Below are positions 55,560 to 70,975 of a stretch of 248,000 bases of DNA, one piece after another. The DNA comes from Wallemia ichthyophaga EXF-994. Lineage: Eukaryota > Fungi > Basidiomycota. The notes beneath the pieces were generated by a model. That model did not search any database, was not told where the DNA came from, and saw nothing but the letters and a program-made list of their open reading frames with translations. Numbering within the stretch: the first letter of the stretch is position 1; each line of letters starts with the position of its first letter. Where the stretch lies: contig NW_008806280.1 in the NCBI RefSeq assembly GCF_000400465.1, positions 20,001 through 268,000 of the forward strand. Reading direction: 5' to 3'. The translations under genes and the position numbers were made by a program.

Positions 55560-58500
55560 TCATGCAAACCCGAATCCTGTATTGCCCTCGTGGATTGCCG
55601 TCAATATCTGTCTGCGAAGTGCCTCGTACGACGAATATGGTCCTAAATCTAGTTGATTGACTATACCTTTGATTAGTAAAGTAAATGTAGAAATCCAACA
55701 AAACTCACAGCATGTGTGTGCAGCAGGCAGTCTATCTTCTGCACCGTACGCCTTGTGAATGTTAAATCTCTGTGTGCCTTGTGATCCCTGTAGTGCACCA
55801 AATCCTTCGAGCGGTACACGAGATGAACCAGTTGCAAACTGCAAGAACGATGCTTTCTGTGTTGAGTCGAATGACCTCAGCACCCTCCAGAACCAACCGA
55901 TCACTGGATCTGAAGGTGTGAATCCATGGTAGTCTGTCTGGTTCTTCCACGCATCGACATCAATATCAGGTAAACCAGAAATTAACAACTCCAATTCGTT
56001 CTCAGAGAATATCTTAACCAGGTCTTTCGGTATTATCTCGTGGAATCCTTCCAAGAAGCACTGAATCTGTCTCTCGATCGCTGTCGTGAGGCGGAACTCA
56101 GTTACAAGCTTGACATATTCCTTCTTGTTCTGGTCTGTTACCGGTATGTTCCTGCCGTTTGGAATTAAATCTATGATGTTCACTACACCGAACTCATCAT
56201 CCTCGATCGAGAACGTCAACTCGAGCACACCCTCCAAGCTATTCTCCAACATCCAGACGAGTGAGTTGTAGTAACTCAAATCAACACTCTCCAAATCCTT
56301 AAAGTCTACCTGTCTGCCCAGCATATGCTTGTAGAACGACCTCGTAAAGTACGCATCCAACAGTCTACCATCGTAGATAGCTTTACCAATGATACGTCCA
56401 ACAAACTTGAAGAAGTCCAAATGATGCTCATTTACGTACGACGCTCTATTTGGTTGATACGTCAATCTATCGGCATCACATGGCTGGAATAGTGCGTAAT
56501 TTGGATTAAACATCTGTTGGGCGAGTACTTGGAACCATTCACGGGCAACTCCACCTGCATCGACACCCTCTTCTCCGTGGAACTTGACTGACAACTTACC
56601 ATACTTAATCTCATCTCCAGACTTCCTCTGCAGGTACTGGAATGAGTCTGCGAAAACGTGCGAGCGACGGACGTTGACGTGCAGAGTTGGATATGTCTCT
56701 CCGCGCTTCCTTGCTCTCAGGCGCTGCATAAAGAAGCTTCTCTTGTTGTCAAACTCGAGAATGCGAGGGTTTTGTACGAGAAGTGAGAATGATCCACTCA
56801 TAAGTGCTGGATTATTGCGAACCATGATATTGATGATTTTCCTGTGCTCCTCTGTGAAGTCTATGAAAATATCCTCGATGCTCTCATTCGCTGATGGGGA
56901 TACTGGTGATCCCGTCATGCGCTTTGTTCTGAGTGCTTCTGTTTGTGGATTAACATACTTGCAAACCACCATAAGTGACTCGATGAGAGGTAAGAGAACG
57001 GTAGCGATATGTGTCATTTGCTCATTCTCTTCAATGATCTTGAGGTTTTCTGAGAGTTTTTGCCACACAGAACCAAACTAGATGTGTTGTTAGTTAACCA
57101 CCTCATGCACAAGTCAACACCTACGTTAAATGAATCGTAAATAGCGTTCACCTTCAACTCATTTGTCTTAGCCTCTTCTTGCGTTGCAGCAGGTGGCTCA
57201 GCAGTTGTTTGCGGTTGCTGGTTGATATCTTCTCTCATCAAAGAGCCAAGCACTTGACGAAGCGAAGATGGCCTTTCTTCACCAGATTGCTCACTATTTT
57301 CGCTCATCTCGCTAGATTGACCGAACATGTAATCCACAGTCTTCAACACTCTAAGCAGACGCGCCTGCAGTGATGAAGCTGGGAGGAACTTCTCCATCGT
57401 TCCAGCAGAAACATCGTCGCTCTTTTCTGCATTTCTGAGTGCATCACCGAGCTCAACAAGTTCACCGTTGAGCTGCTGACCAAAGTCTTGCGCTTTCACC
57501 TTTAACTCAGCCGCAATAACATCCTTTGCGTCTGGTACAAAGCTCAAGTTCTGGATCAGACTTAGTGTCTGCTGGAACGTTTTGCTGGTGCATTCGCCGA
57601 TCGTAAGTATGTTGACGACGTATTTGAGAACATGAGTAGGAATCTGAGGAGCAGTCTTTAGTCCCTCATCCTCCTTCTCATCTTCGGTCTTCTTGTTCTC
57701 GCCCTCCTTCTCTTTAGGACGAGGTGTAACGTTCGCGTCAGCTGGCTGTTGCTGAGGCTGCTCTTGCTGCTGTTCCTGAGTACCACTAGCTTCTGGTTTC
57801 TCGTTCTTGTCATCCTTCCTAAGCGTTGACAGTGGCTTTGTGACCGTCGCCAACAGAGTGGTAAACGTATCCATCATCATCTGCGTTTTGAAAACGGTTG
57901 GGCGATCAAGCAAACTCATCAACAGCACGATCGGGAACTTAACTGGTACTGTCTGCTTTTCCTTACCCTTGCTCTTCTTCGATGGTCTCGACCTCATGCT
58001 GCTTGAGAGATCGTGTTCAGTGAGGAAGAATGTCGAAGCGGCTGAGTTGCTGGAGACGAGAGTAGTGAGTGTCTCGAAGCAACGTTGGGCAAGCAGGTTT
58101 GGAATGGTCTCTGGAGGGATCTGCAGCAATATTGGACTAGCTGGCGTTTCTTGCGTGTGCTTGCGTTTGCTAGACACCTTACTGGTAGGAGTTGAAAGAG
58201 GTGTGGAGGCAGATGGCTTAGTTCCTTTCAAAGTCAATTGAGACAAGCTACGATCAACTGCTGGCAAGTCACCCGTACCTTCTTGCAAGATGTTCAGCAA
58301 CAACAACAACAGGTCGTTTCTAGAGCGAGAGTTTTCGATAAGCTGCGGTAATTGTTAGATGATAGGGAATCTTGTACAGATCTACCCACATTGGCAAGAA
58401 TCTTGAACAAGACCGATTTCTTGATTAGGTTTGGATAGAAAAGCAAACGTATCAAGATGGCCAATCCGCTCTTGTCGAGAAGCTGTATGGCATCCTTCTG

Positions 58501-61500
58501 GCGATGCTTCTCAGTGGCCTTCTTTGGTGGTGCCCGTGGTCCAGATGGTCTTCTACCACCAAGTATTTGTTGCAAATCCGCTCTACCCATCGATCTTTCA
58601 CCGTCATGTTGAGGATCGAGCATTTCGCCGTTCATCAGAATGAATTGTCTCATACTTGGTTCTATGGAGTTGAAGAATGGGCTTGGATCTCCCATTGCAC
58701 CAACTGCACCAACCTGAGATGAACGGCGCTCGTTACCACCTTCTGGTTGTCTTCCGCGATGGATTGACTCAAAGGCTTCTTGCTGAAGCACCTCGGCGCG
58801 AATCTCTGCTGGAAGAGCATTCAAGAACTCCATCGATATTTCGGAATCATCGTTTCCTTCTGCAGCTGGTGGGGCGCCTTCAGTAGTACGATTCTGGGCA
58901 GCTGCTGAATTTGCAGCTCTTCTCTGCTCACGAAGATGCTGCGTGAGAACCTCCTCACGCATATCATCTGGCAAGGCCTCCATAAAGCTGTTAAGGGTGT
59001 TAGACGAATGACACACTCCTCTAATCAAAATACTCACGATGGATCTATGCCAGTGTTTGTGATATCGACATCACGTCCATTGATCTGAATACTAACACGC
59101 TCTTGCGGAGCACTCGAAGAAGCATCTTGTTCTTGTTCTGCTGGTGCATCTTCAGCCATTTCGACATCTTCCTGCTGCTGGGCTTGAGGTTGGCTTTCAG
59201 CTTGCGCCTCTGACTGAACTTCTTGAGGACGCTCTGCTTCTCTCATTTCTTCTTCATGAGCTTGCTTTTCACGAGCGTCTTTCTCCTCTTGCTCCTTCTT
59301 AGATTTCTCTTCAGCCTCCTTCTGAGCTTTGTCCTCCTCATCTTTCTTGGTCTTTGCTTCGAGTTCCTTCGTCTTCTCAGCTTCCTCGGCACGGGCCTTC
59401 GCTGATGCTTCTCTAGCAGCTGGCAACAGCATCAGAATAATATGGTTGGTGATTTTGGATGAACGCTCTTGGGATGTTGAACCATAAAACAGCTTTGCAC
59501 TATCGTACCACCTGCTAAATGTAGGCAGAGCCGCTAGACCATTGACAGCGCTCAAGATGTTCGCCGAATGAGTTTGAGGAGTTTGTTGGCGTCTTGAGTG
59601 CATGTTGGTGAGTTGCTCAATTGGAATAGAGCCGCTTGGTCCATTTGGCGAGTGCAATTCAAGATGCACACGTGCTCCAGCTGGCACCCCTCCTGCTGTT
59701 CCACCAGTTTCACGCTGAAGAAGCTGCTCAATGATCTGGAAACCGTTTCTACCGAACATGCTCTCAATGGTCTGCAAGAGTGGATTAGGGGCACCTGAGC
59801 GTTGGGAGCTCTGGCGTCTGTTTCCTGTATCTTGAGATGCTGGCGTTGAGCTAGGTGGTGCTTGATCAACGAGCAGTGGTTGTTGAGGGAGCTCGCGGTC
59901 ACTCTCGAGACGATCGCGATTACCACCGAGGAAGCTTTGTGATCCTCCTTAAAGCTTGTCAGTAGAAAAATTATGGCTGCACCAATAACTCACCTCCAAA
60001 CATACGTCTTCTTGATGATCCACCGCCGAGTAGAGGGCTTCCAAAGATAGCCGTTGTCTCTCCCATGCCACCACGGCCATCGAGAAGACTGCCTATGCGG
60101 GGAGCGCGCTCAACATCCGCCTCATCTCTGAACGCCAGACCTTCTTCCTCCGCGTCCTCATCAGTCTCTGAGAAACCGTCATCAATCAAACCATCATCGT
60201 CGAATTCAGGATCAGCAACACTCTCAGCCTCTTCTTCGTCGGGCGTTGGTGCTTCAATGACTGGATCAGCTTCGTCAAAGATAGATGGGTTTTCCTCGAT
60301 TGGATTAAGCGCTTCCTCCTCGTCATACGCATCTTCGTCAAAATCGACTTCTTCACTGTTACAATGTTAGCATGACGCTTGAAGATCTGTACCAACGCAC
60401 CCTTCATCCTCCTCATCAATCCAATCGTCAGCTTCTCCCTCCTCTATCTCGTCATGATCTTCCATGTCATCCGAGTCACCGTCACTGGATCCAGAATCAT
60501 CGTCCGAAGATTCCGAGTGGTTACCAGAACCATGATGATGATGGAAATCAACTTCCATATCGTCGAAGTCTTCTTCTGCAATGGAAATGTCAGCAAATAG
60601 CCAATCGCTGGATACCAACTCACCATCCATTTCGCTGTCTTCATCGCCATCGTTTTCTTCGCCGTAATTTTCTCCACTGTACATACCGAGTGCAGAGTTG
60701 CGGTACAAATCAGGTGTACCAGCTCTGTCAGCATTACGCATCTCATCAGCACCAATATCATCCTCATCGCTGGAGTTGTCCTCATCGTCATCGTCCTCAT
60801 CTTCATCCTCATCCTCGTCTTCATTTTGCTCATCCTGGCTGTTGGAGTCCTTCTTGTCCCCATTCTTGGCCATCTTGATCGAAATTTTGGTCAAACGTTC
60901 AAGTGGGGAGAGCAAGGCGCCGATGGTGACCTTCGAGTGTGGGAAAGAGATATCTATATCACCAAGTGCGTGCGTAAGGGTAGTGACATAGTTTTTCTCC
61001 AACATCACTTTAGCCATGTGGACAGATGACTCTGTTGAAGACTTTCCAGTAACAGGATTAACAGGCCTTGCGTCTATCAATCTGGCAATAATCTCAGACA
61101 AAGCTGTCAGTCTAGCGTATCTAACACTGAGATCCTCATCAGTGACACCAGATGTATTGTCCTTGATCAATTTGCTAATTACATCCAAGACGAACTTGCG
61201 TGAGAGGACAACCTCGTTTGGAATTTCTTTGCTGTCAGTCCAAGGTGAAGTGTCACTACATGTGCTGACAAAGACTGCAATTGCCCATTCAGCTAGCGCT
61301 CTTTGCTTGCGACCGACATTGTCATGGTTCGGTGCGCCGAGCGATGGCATGGAAATGAGCTCGCTGATCAAAAAGTTGAGGAACGACACCTTTGGTTTGA
61401 ATGGTGTGCCACCGCCCTGCTTCTTCTTATTGGTCATAACTAGATTGACTTTGGAAGATGGATAGCTGGCGCAGATCTCGGTGATAGATTGGAGGATGAA

Positions 61501-64500
61501 ACACGCATAGAAGTACTCTAAGGCTCCATCAGGAGTGCTTTCTTCCTTCTTTTCATCTTTCTTCTCTTGATCGGAAGCAGCTGAAGTGGAGGATTGAGGC
61601 TGTTGTGCTGGATCTTCTTGCTGTTGCTCACTTGAGCTGTTCTTCTTTTCCTCACCTTCTTTCTTTTTCTCTTCATCCGTCTTTTCAGCCAATGAAGCGA
61701 ATTTCCTAGCCGTCTTGCCGACCCTCATGAGCTCAGCAACCAGGAATTGAAGGATAGATTCGAGAACCTCTGATGGCATGGGTGGTGCCTGAGAATTATC
61801 GTCCAGCTGCATGTCTTCGCCACGTTGCTGCTGGCCAGAATGCTCACCATCCTTTTTATCACCCAACTTCGATTTGAGCTCTGGGACGACGTCTGGACGC
61901 AGCTTGATGTGGAAGACGCCAGCTGCTGGTGAGTCACTCACAAGCATGCAGTTTTCCTTGATCACTTCCATAAACGCCTTCGTATCGCGCAAGGCTAGAG
62001 GTGACGCGGTCTTCGTGAAGGTCGATACATCAACGACCTTGCTCCCTGAGCTTGAACCTCTTGTTGGTGAGGAAGCGAAGTACGACAAAAGCTCGTTGTG
62101 CATTGTTGACTTGATGAGAGAGTCGTCTTCGATCAAATTTCTCATAATGAAGCTCAAGAAGAGTGTGGAGCCGCGGGCATTGTCAAGAGGACCGTCGAAT
62201 ATACTGCTGAGCATCTGCAATAGAGTTAGTAAATGCTTGTTCAATGTCAGGCCACAACTTACTTGCACACCACCAGCAGAGAAAAGGTCCTTCGAGTAGC
62301 GCGTTGAGCGAGTGAGCAAAGTAAGCACCTGCAATACCGCCATCAGATCAGCTTTCTTGAGTTCCCAGTTCTTATCCTTCGAGCGTTTAAATGTTGTCAA
62401 GGCAATCTCAAACAAGGCATTCTTCTGCTCTTCGAATGAGCCAGTGTCGACAATCTCCTCAATCTTAACTTCAGGAATGTTTTCGCCGACCTTGGTTGGA
62501 TCATCTGCAGTCTTGATGACTTCTGAACATCCCAGCATTATAGCACTAGCTAATAAAAATGGAGCCAGCCACTTGGGAGGTGTTTGGCTGTCTATCACAG
62601 CTGGTCCAGACTTGTAAGTCAAGTTCAAAAGACGTTCACGCTGGTTGATAACGTTATCCTTCTGAGAAAACTGATGGTCTGATATCATGACTGAGAGTAA
62701 GTGCCAACGAACGTAGAGCTTGCCTTCGCACTGACGATCCTTTGCATCTAGCGTCTCAACCTCGTCGAGAAGAGTCTTGACACCGATCTGCTCAGCTGAC
62801 TTTTCTTTGTCATCCTTAAACATATCTTTCACGTCGAAAACTATCTCGTAATGTGCATCAGCGAGGTTAAGCAAGATACTTGGGATGGTAGAGTAGAGAT
62901 TCTGGCGAGCTTGATCGAGGGATCTCTTTACAGCATCTATATTATCGTTCATTGGCGTAATTTTACCTTCGGCTAACTTTGTCTCGTAATCCTTCTTTTC
63001 CTCGTCTTTTTGGCGTTTCTGACGTAGTTCAAACTCCCTAGCTATATCGACGTAGTCTGGTCTTGCCACTAACCATTCAGCAGCTTGAGCAACGTCGTCA
63101 CCATTGTACATCAGCGCAACAGCCGAAGCATATTTTGGAAAGTCCATACTCATCATTTCTTGGAGTAACGTTTCGTTTAATCTATCAATTTTCATCACTC
63201 CCTCAATGTCTTCCATAACTTTGATTTCAACGTCCGAACGTGATTCAGCAGCTGGATGAGGCGGAGGTGGTAATTCAGGTTGAGACGTTTGTGCCTCAGA
63301 TGGCTGCGTAGCATCTGATTCACTTTGAGCAGCTTCAGTTGGAGGCTCCTCACCCAAAATTCTGTGTAAAGGTGATGAGCGCATGTTAAAAAGAGCTCTC
63401 TCCAAATCCTGCAAATGACCAATACGTTCGGAAGGTGGATTACCTAATCTACCCTGCGGTCCAGCTGGTGGCTCAGCAGCTTCACCCTCGGCCTTGATAA
63501 TGTTGAGGAAAGTCTGCACAATCAGTCTTGTAGGCTGACCGAGGGGTGCCTTGGATAACCATTCACTTTGGCATACCTTAACAAGAACTGGCATAATGAT
63601 CGATCTTAATCTGACCAAGAAGTCGTTAGAGTTGAAATACTCTGCCGAGCTCTTGTCAGCTTCCCTCAACTGCAGCGGTCCAGTTTGACTGGATTCGAGG
63701 AGTGGTCTGGTGGCAGCAAAAGTATGGAAAAGCGGCATTATGTTCTCCAAAATACGATAGATTCTGAATTGTTGCATCTCAGCCGGAGACTTTGGAATCT
63801 CGTTATCGGTAATAGTCTGGTGCGAGAGCTCGTCACTTATTTGATCGAGCCTGTGGGTCAGAAGTTGCACTCCACCGAGTTGAGCGAAAGCGAATACCAG
63901 AGGTGTTTGGAGATGATTATGTGATGTGCGATCATCGAAAAAGAGCGCATTGATCGCTTTGAGGATCTGACACATGTATGCGCAGCTTGGGCGTGGATCT
64001 CCGTTGCCAGTGAACTGGAGGTGATCAACGAGTATCTGAGCCATAGCCTTAGATGTAATTACAGAGTTCTTCTTATGCGACTGGTCACTCTGACGTCTGT
64101 ACAAGAACATCTTGACAACAGCTATGGTGGCGTTAGAAGGTACATTTCCAATAATACCATTACCCACCTTGGTAGAACGGAGTAGCAGTCTGAGGAATGT
64201 ACATCGAGAGATGTGACAAAGATTTGTAATTGAGCTTGGAAGGGGTGCTTTCCTCAGCCTTCTTTTCTTCGTCAGACTTGTTTCCACTCTTTATGTTGAC
64301 CGTTGGGTCTAAGTTGTTCATCATGATGTTTAGATTCTTCTCATACTTCTCATTTGACGACTTGGAACCTGACTCCAGCTCCTTCCAATCAAATTCAGTT
64401 TCTTTGTTCTCCTCAGCATTGAGCAAAAGGTGTTCCCAGGTGAGACTTCTGTCGAGTATGCCAATCATGTTTAACGTTTCTAAATTTCTAGGCTCGTTCA

Positions 64501-67086
64501 ACTTTGGCAGGAAGAAACCATTCGAAACTCTAATATTCAAGAAGCCGATGGATGCGAACATATCAGAAATAAGCTGCACTCTCGAGTACAACTCAATCAA
64601 ACTCCTGAACGTAGCATTTGCTTCCTCGTAGTCAGATTCATTGAGATCTTTCATCTTGATGAAGAGAGACTTGTTGCGCATTTCAGACCAAATGTGTCTG
64701 GTGCTTTCGAGCTTCTCTCTAACTTGCTCCATTGACCACATTAACGTCACTTCAGGCTTGATCTCGATTAACACTCTACCGAGCTGTGCGATAGCTTCAG
64801 ATGCGCGACTAATGGAGAAGTCGTAAGGTAAGCAAGGCAGACCGAAGAACCTTCCAAGTCTTTCCAATCCACCTGCATCCAAAAATTCTTTTGCGTGTGT
64901 ACCATTTGTGAAGACGGACTCGAGGAACTGTATTGGGTTAGGGAGATAAACCTGACTTCTAACGAACTCACTCTGGCCATGACATCGATGCATTTCATCG
65001 CGAAAGGATCTTCTCTCTTATCGTTTGGCACATTCTCCACCATGGAATGCTCGTCCTGGGTCAGCAGTCTGTATCTCGCCACCTCGCTCAAACCATACTG
65101 GCCGACTTCATTGCAGTCGAAAGCACCACCGATCTCTGCAATTCTATCTAGTTGACCGTTGATGGCATTCAATACCTTAGGTTTGAGTGAAGGTTGGTGT
65201 CTTATAAGTTCATCGACACTCGATCCAATGTTGACAGCATTCTCCTTTTCGCTCAACACCTTGATATGGGTAGCAGAGGTGAACATTTCGAATATCTTAC
65301 CAATAATCGTATCAGATCTCTGCATGAATTCGTTCAAGCCGTTCTCATTCAAACAGCAAGCTGAGATGACATTGAAGATAACAGTGAGAATATCGATATG
65401 CGGTTCTATATACTCTTCGATACTGTTGTAAAACTTGGCAGGCAACTGTGCCTCCTGTATGATTGAGAGGGATGTAGGCTCGTTGTGTACGAATGTAGCC
65501 ATGATATTGAGAGCGAATGAGGTGATCGATGCACCGAAGAATCTGCGGTTGTCGAGGATAAGATGAATGTCCTGCAGAAGTGTAGTGTCTATCAGATTGC
65601 GTATTCCACCCTCAGTACCTGAGGATGTAAGCAGCCTGTAGATAGAACGTAGCGACGATTTCATTGCTTGTGATTCAGAGACAGGGAGACGGCCAAATGT
65701 TGTTGCAACGTCCTCGTCATTGTCACTCTTCGCTTCCAACTCTGCCTTATGCTCTACACTCGCAAGAACTCGGTGGTGGATCTTCTCAACGAGTGTGGTG
65801 AGTCCATTGGCGTTGATAAAGATGGGAAGAGCGTTGCGGTATGAGTACAAAAGTGCATCGAGGAGTTGAAGACACTTTGTGATTAGCGTTGAGCTGTCGA
65901 CTTTGAAGAGATTGATAAGCAATGTAATCAGCCCGGCCCCAACCAGCATCTGGCCACCCGAATTCGAAGTCGAGAGATGGCTGATCATAGAAAAAATGCT
66001 GTCCACAAGGTCCACAAGCTGTGGTGATGGTGGTGATGATTGAGACAACTTATTGGTGACATTGCGAATATAGGTGAACAACAAGCCCTGGTTGACACCT
66101 GCATTTAAGCAACTAAGAACTTCACTCACGCGCGTCTTGTAGTGCGCCAAAGATTCAAGGCAGATGAGAGAGGTGGATTGGATTGAGATATACTCATCGT
66201 CCAATGGAAGTTGAAGGAGGTGGGTGAGCTGCTGCACAAGTGTTGGTTCATAAATAAGCAGATTGTGTTGAGCTTGAGATTCTTTAACGAGCTGTAAATA
66301 TAAACTCAAAGCTAGGAGTCTAGATTCGATGAAATGACGTCTGGAAGGGCTATCAAAAACCTTGATGGATCTGATGCGATGATATAGATCAAAGTTGTTC
66401 GAGTTGCCGTCTTTTGGTATTTTGTACTGATCAACGCACTCCTTGTGTAGGTCGAGGTCGCTAAGTGGATTTTCACCAACTTTTTCCAAGTGAATACTTC
66501 TCGACTGGGTGTCAAAGAATTGGAAAGAGACTGTGTCATTGAGGGGAGGAATAGAGGTTGTAATGGAATCAGCGAGACTGGCGCTACTTGGCCAGTTCCA
66601 CGCCACTGATAGCAGAGCCTTGCTGTTGAGCTGGAGAGCGTTGCGATGGTGAGCTTGAATAGACAGAATAAGTTTGAGATTGTTGGAAAGCACCTCGACA
66701 TCGTTTGTTAAAATGAGAGCGTCTAAATGCTCCACCGAATTAAATATCTTTCTATTGGAGCAATTATCGATGAGAAGCTTGAGAAATCTAAGGACAGCGT
66801 TGATAAGCCTCTTAGAGGATGCGTCAAAGAGCTTATCCTGCACACCGTAGCCAGCAGATTTCAAATTAAAGTCATTTGTAATCTTCTCGAGCGTGCCATC
66901 CAATCTATTGAGTACTCCGATGTACGCATAGAGATCTCCCTTGGGCCAAACCCACTCTTTGAAATCTTCGAGATGCGCTGCCATCTCCTCATCGGTGCAC
67001 TTCTCAACAAGATGTAGCTTGTGACGGAGCGTCGTGGGGATTGTAGCCACTGTCCTTCTTGATGTACGTGGACGTACAGGGGCCAT
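55560..67086 (-). CDS. TOM1: HECT E3 ubiquitin ligase HUWE1/Tom1 (multi-exon)
   Basis: ARM repeats, DUF4414 ALPDDMREE/EFLNALP, HECT domain with LPAAHTC. Confidence 0.95.
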
Positions 67087-67239
67087 TGTAATTATTATTT
67101 ATTTATTTTCAACTTGAACTTGATTGTTCTAAACCAAGTGTGGTGCGTCGTGGTCCTTGTGCTTTGTATTACGCAACACTCCAATCAAAATTTACGATGC
67201 AATAAATAACTTTTTTACTATATATACAAGCTGTGGTAT

Positions 67240-68834
67240 ATCAGTTGATCGCCGTGCTAGCTCTTGCTTTTCTTGAGCGTCGTTGCGTCTGGTGGCTGCT
67301 CCTGTCATGTTTGGTGAGAGCAACGCGGGTATTTAAATAACCCACACTCTTCTCCGAGACCATTGTATTCTCTCGCCCTCTTTTTAGTGCTGCTGCTCTT
67401 GATTCGGCACCTTTGTTCTGCCACTTCGTTAGCCCACACGGTCGATATCCCCGGTACTCACTTTTTTAGGCGATGAGAATGGTGTTTGTTGTGCTTGTGC
67501 ATGTGGTTGCGGTTGTGGTAAGTCCTGCTGCTGATGTGGTGGCGATGGCTGCTGTTGATAGCCATTAGGTATAGGCGGCGGAGGCATGAGCAAGCTCCTT
67601 TTGTTATTGTGACTAGGAAGACGTCTGAGAATAAAGCTAAAGGCCCAAAGCCAACACCAAACTCACCCATCATTTATGTCATTCAACGAGCCTACGTTGA
67701 CATTAGCACTGGCATTGGTATTGGTGTTGTCATCTATGACCGACTTGTCATCCACTACCGATACCATACTCGCGTCATTCATTTCGAACCCATCCCAAAT
67801 CAGATCGTCGTCTTTGGTGGGATGTATTGATGAATGCGCAGAAGTATTGAGACTGCCATTGCTGTTACTGTTGCTCACACCGCTCATCCTCCTTACATTT
67901 GCCTCATGATACTCCCTCTCCTTCTCCCTCTCCTTCTCCTGCGCTTGCTGCTGCTGTCTCTGCTGCGTCAGACGCCTTTCCTCCTGCTCACGGACGTGGT
68001 TTGGTCTGTAGTCAAATTCTGGTGGTCTGTAGAGCTGATCTGGATCATAACGGTACTGCGGTGGATGATAATGTGAGTTCTACATTCCAAAACCACGCCA
68101 TACCACTCACTCTATTCTTATCCTTATGTTTGATAATCTCCTTAGAGTAATCCTTATCGTACAGACAGTTACCGGTTGAGTTACCAAAGTAGCGCAAGCA
68201 CCTCTTTACAGCGTCTGTGACTGACTCCTTGCGGCTCTTCTCGATAGCTGCTCCACGCGTTGGACAGTTAACCATTTCACCGAAACCGAAGTCTTCATGG
68301 AAAGCGCCCGTTGTGAATACTGTTACTCTCACGACTGTTGTGATAGCGCAGTTGAATTTGCCGGCAGGAGTAGGCTCAAGCTGTTACGGTGTTATTCGTG
68401 TGTACGCGTGCTCTCCAACGTACAAATTCAGTCGTGCTGCTCATGAGCTGAGTGGACCAGCCATCGTGGCCGAATATGCTGTTCGCGAGTGAAATGGCCT
68501 GGTTGCCTTCGATATAAGATACCTCTGATCGGCGTGTATGCGTCAGTGCGTCCTCGTTCATCACCCTGCCCCACTTACTGCTTCCGCCGGGCGCTGGTCG
68601 CTGGGAGATGCACTCCGGCGCCAGTCTCTTTGCCAGCTTCTCCGCAATCTCTTCTCGCTGTGTGGCGGAGAAAAACCTCTCTGACTGCTGCGAAAGCACT
68701 TGCGTTTCGTTGGGTGTAGACATGCCGAGTGCGAAGTTGGACGGTGCCGCGGCGTGATAGTCGTTCCTATCGCTATTGATTCCGATATTCGTGCGTAAAA
68801 TATCTGGATTTCTGCCGTGGTTGTTACCGTTCAT
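67240..68834 (-). CDS. RAD52: Rad52/Rad22 recombination protein
   Basis: SYIEGNQAISLANSIFGHDGWS; KESVTDAVKRCLRYFGNSTGNCLYD; 3' end approximate. Confidence 0.9.
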
Positions 68835-68952
68835 CTGCGCAGATTGAGTTGATTGAGATGGTGGTGTGTTGATAACGGACTAAATTACGTAAATACACGC
68901 TAAATGAGTAGTCTATTACAATGCTATCACAACATGACGTCAAAATACATTC

Positions 68953-70885
68953 TCATTTCCCAGCAGAGAACGGACTCTGCCAGGCGCTCTCAGCTTCATC
69001 GTTCACACTGCCATTAACTGACGTCGATCGCGATGCTGGCATTGAATTCCTCGCCTTACCTGCGATATACGCGCCAAAGCCACCAAGAGTGCTCTTAACC
69101 GACGCGTTCGGTGTAGTGGGGCTGCTCCCATTTGCACCAGCACTCGCACTCCTCCGATCATGCATATCCGACACTCCCTCACTCAGCCGCAGTCCTAAAC
69201 CGTTGCCGCTCATGTGTGGATGTCGAGGCTCAATGAGGTCGAATAGTGCGACATCTGTGCGCATATTCCAGTCAATGAACGCAGTGCTCGTCCGCATTAC
69301 ATTCACAAACCCTTCACCAAAAGCCTGTGAAGGGTTTTTCTCGTAACTCATACCAACCAGACTGTCTTTCTTATTGTTACCGGTGCCATACTTGACATAA
69401 TCGACATACTTGATACTGGCGAGAGCGGAGCAGATGTAGTCTTCAAATTTAGCTCTCAGCCAATCGTCACTGTCGACGAAAGACACGGGTCCACCACCCA
69501 TGTTTTGGCGATGATGCGTCGCTGTAACGCTCGCGACTACCTCGTCCATCCACTTGCGATCTTGCGATGTCGGAGCGACCAGTTTCTCCAGACCCGGCGA
69601 ATGCCACTCTAAGGTCCCATTGTCGATGTCGACAACAACATCTAACTTGAGATTCTTTTGCTGTGTGAACACGGCATTCGTAGTGCCGGCGAGGAAAGCA
69701 TTTGTGCGCGCATCCATCAGCATCTCTATCTGTTGCAGCGGCATGTAGGGCTGGAAGAAGGAGCCTTTGCCAAAGAGGTCAAGCGGCATACCGGCGTATT
69801 CGAGAAGACTGTCGCGGTCTGTAGTACGCATGCTGCCAGTTGTGGTATTTCCACTCACTCTGCGCCCTAGTGTCGTGGGTATATCAGGACTAGCAGCATG
69901 TGCGAGTGCATGTAGCAGATTAGGAATGAGTGAGATGAGCGAGTATTGGAAGTTGCACAGCCGCTCGACAGGATACTCAGGGTGCTTGGACAGAGGGCGG
70001 TAGCCAAAGAATAAGATACGCTTTTGCAAGAGAAGAAGTTTCAGTAGGGTGAGTGTTTTGTGTTTGAACTTTAGCACAAGCTCGTGTAGGTTGGTGCCTG
70101 TGTTAAGAACAGCCTGGTTAGTGTAATCGAGCAAGCTGTGTTCAAGCGACTGGTGAAATTGGACAAGCAGCTGTCGTTCGCTGAAGTTGCGCTGGTGAAA
70201 AAAGGCACGCGTGATGACGCCGAGCTTGTCCCTGTTGAGCGTGAGCGTGTAAGAAGCGAGCAGTCACCAGCAATGCAACCCACCTTATTGGTCCAAAAAC
70301 TGGCTTAGTAGTGAGTACCACGATTGCCTTCTGGACAATTGACCTGGTAACATGGCTATCTCTTTCGATCAACTCACTCGCCTTGAGCTGCCGATTGCAA
70401 CTAATACCGAAGACGGTGGATTTGCCGAGCTTGCCGTCCTCCGGCGGCTTCAAGTGAAAGTAGGAAAAGTCCTCTTGCGTCATATGTGCGCCGTCAGGGA
70501 GAGCGAGGAAAGGGAGAAGACGGGCAAATTCGGAGTCAGTGACGGTATTTGGTGGGTGGCAGAACTCAATAATTGGGCCGAGATTGTGATGGAAGTCTAT
70601 GAGTAGAGTTGCGAGGAGTGGATCGTTCTCGCTACGCTGCGATTGTGCGGCAGAAATATCATCGCTAGTTGAGCGTGTAGAATGAGATGAAGGACCTGGC
70701 AGTGGCGACGGCAGTGATGGCAGCGTTGCGTGCTTCGTATGCGGTGTATGCTGGGAATGCTCGTACTCGAATGGATTTACATCTTGGTGAAACGGCGTCG
70801 GAGTGAGCTTGGATTGAAGTTCCGATAGAGACGCCCGCGGATCTGATGCCCAGGGATCTTGGTCGAATGAGTTTAGGTGGGACAT
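68953..70885 (-). CDS. AVL9: Avl9/DENN-family secretory pathway protein
   Basis: DFHHNLGP.IE, LALPDGAH, FQPYMPLQQ. Confidence 0.9.
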
Positions 70886-70975
70886 GGCCGTGTGTGCGCA
70901 AGGAGGTACGTGTGCCTCGAGATTTCCTCCAATTACTGCTGGAATGACACGAAATGTATATTTGTCGCATGAAAT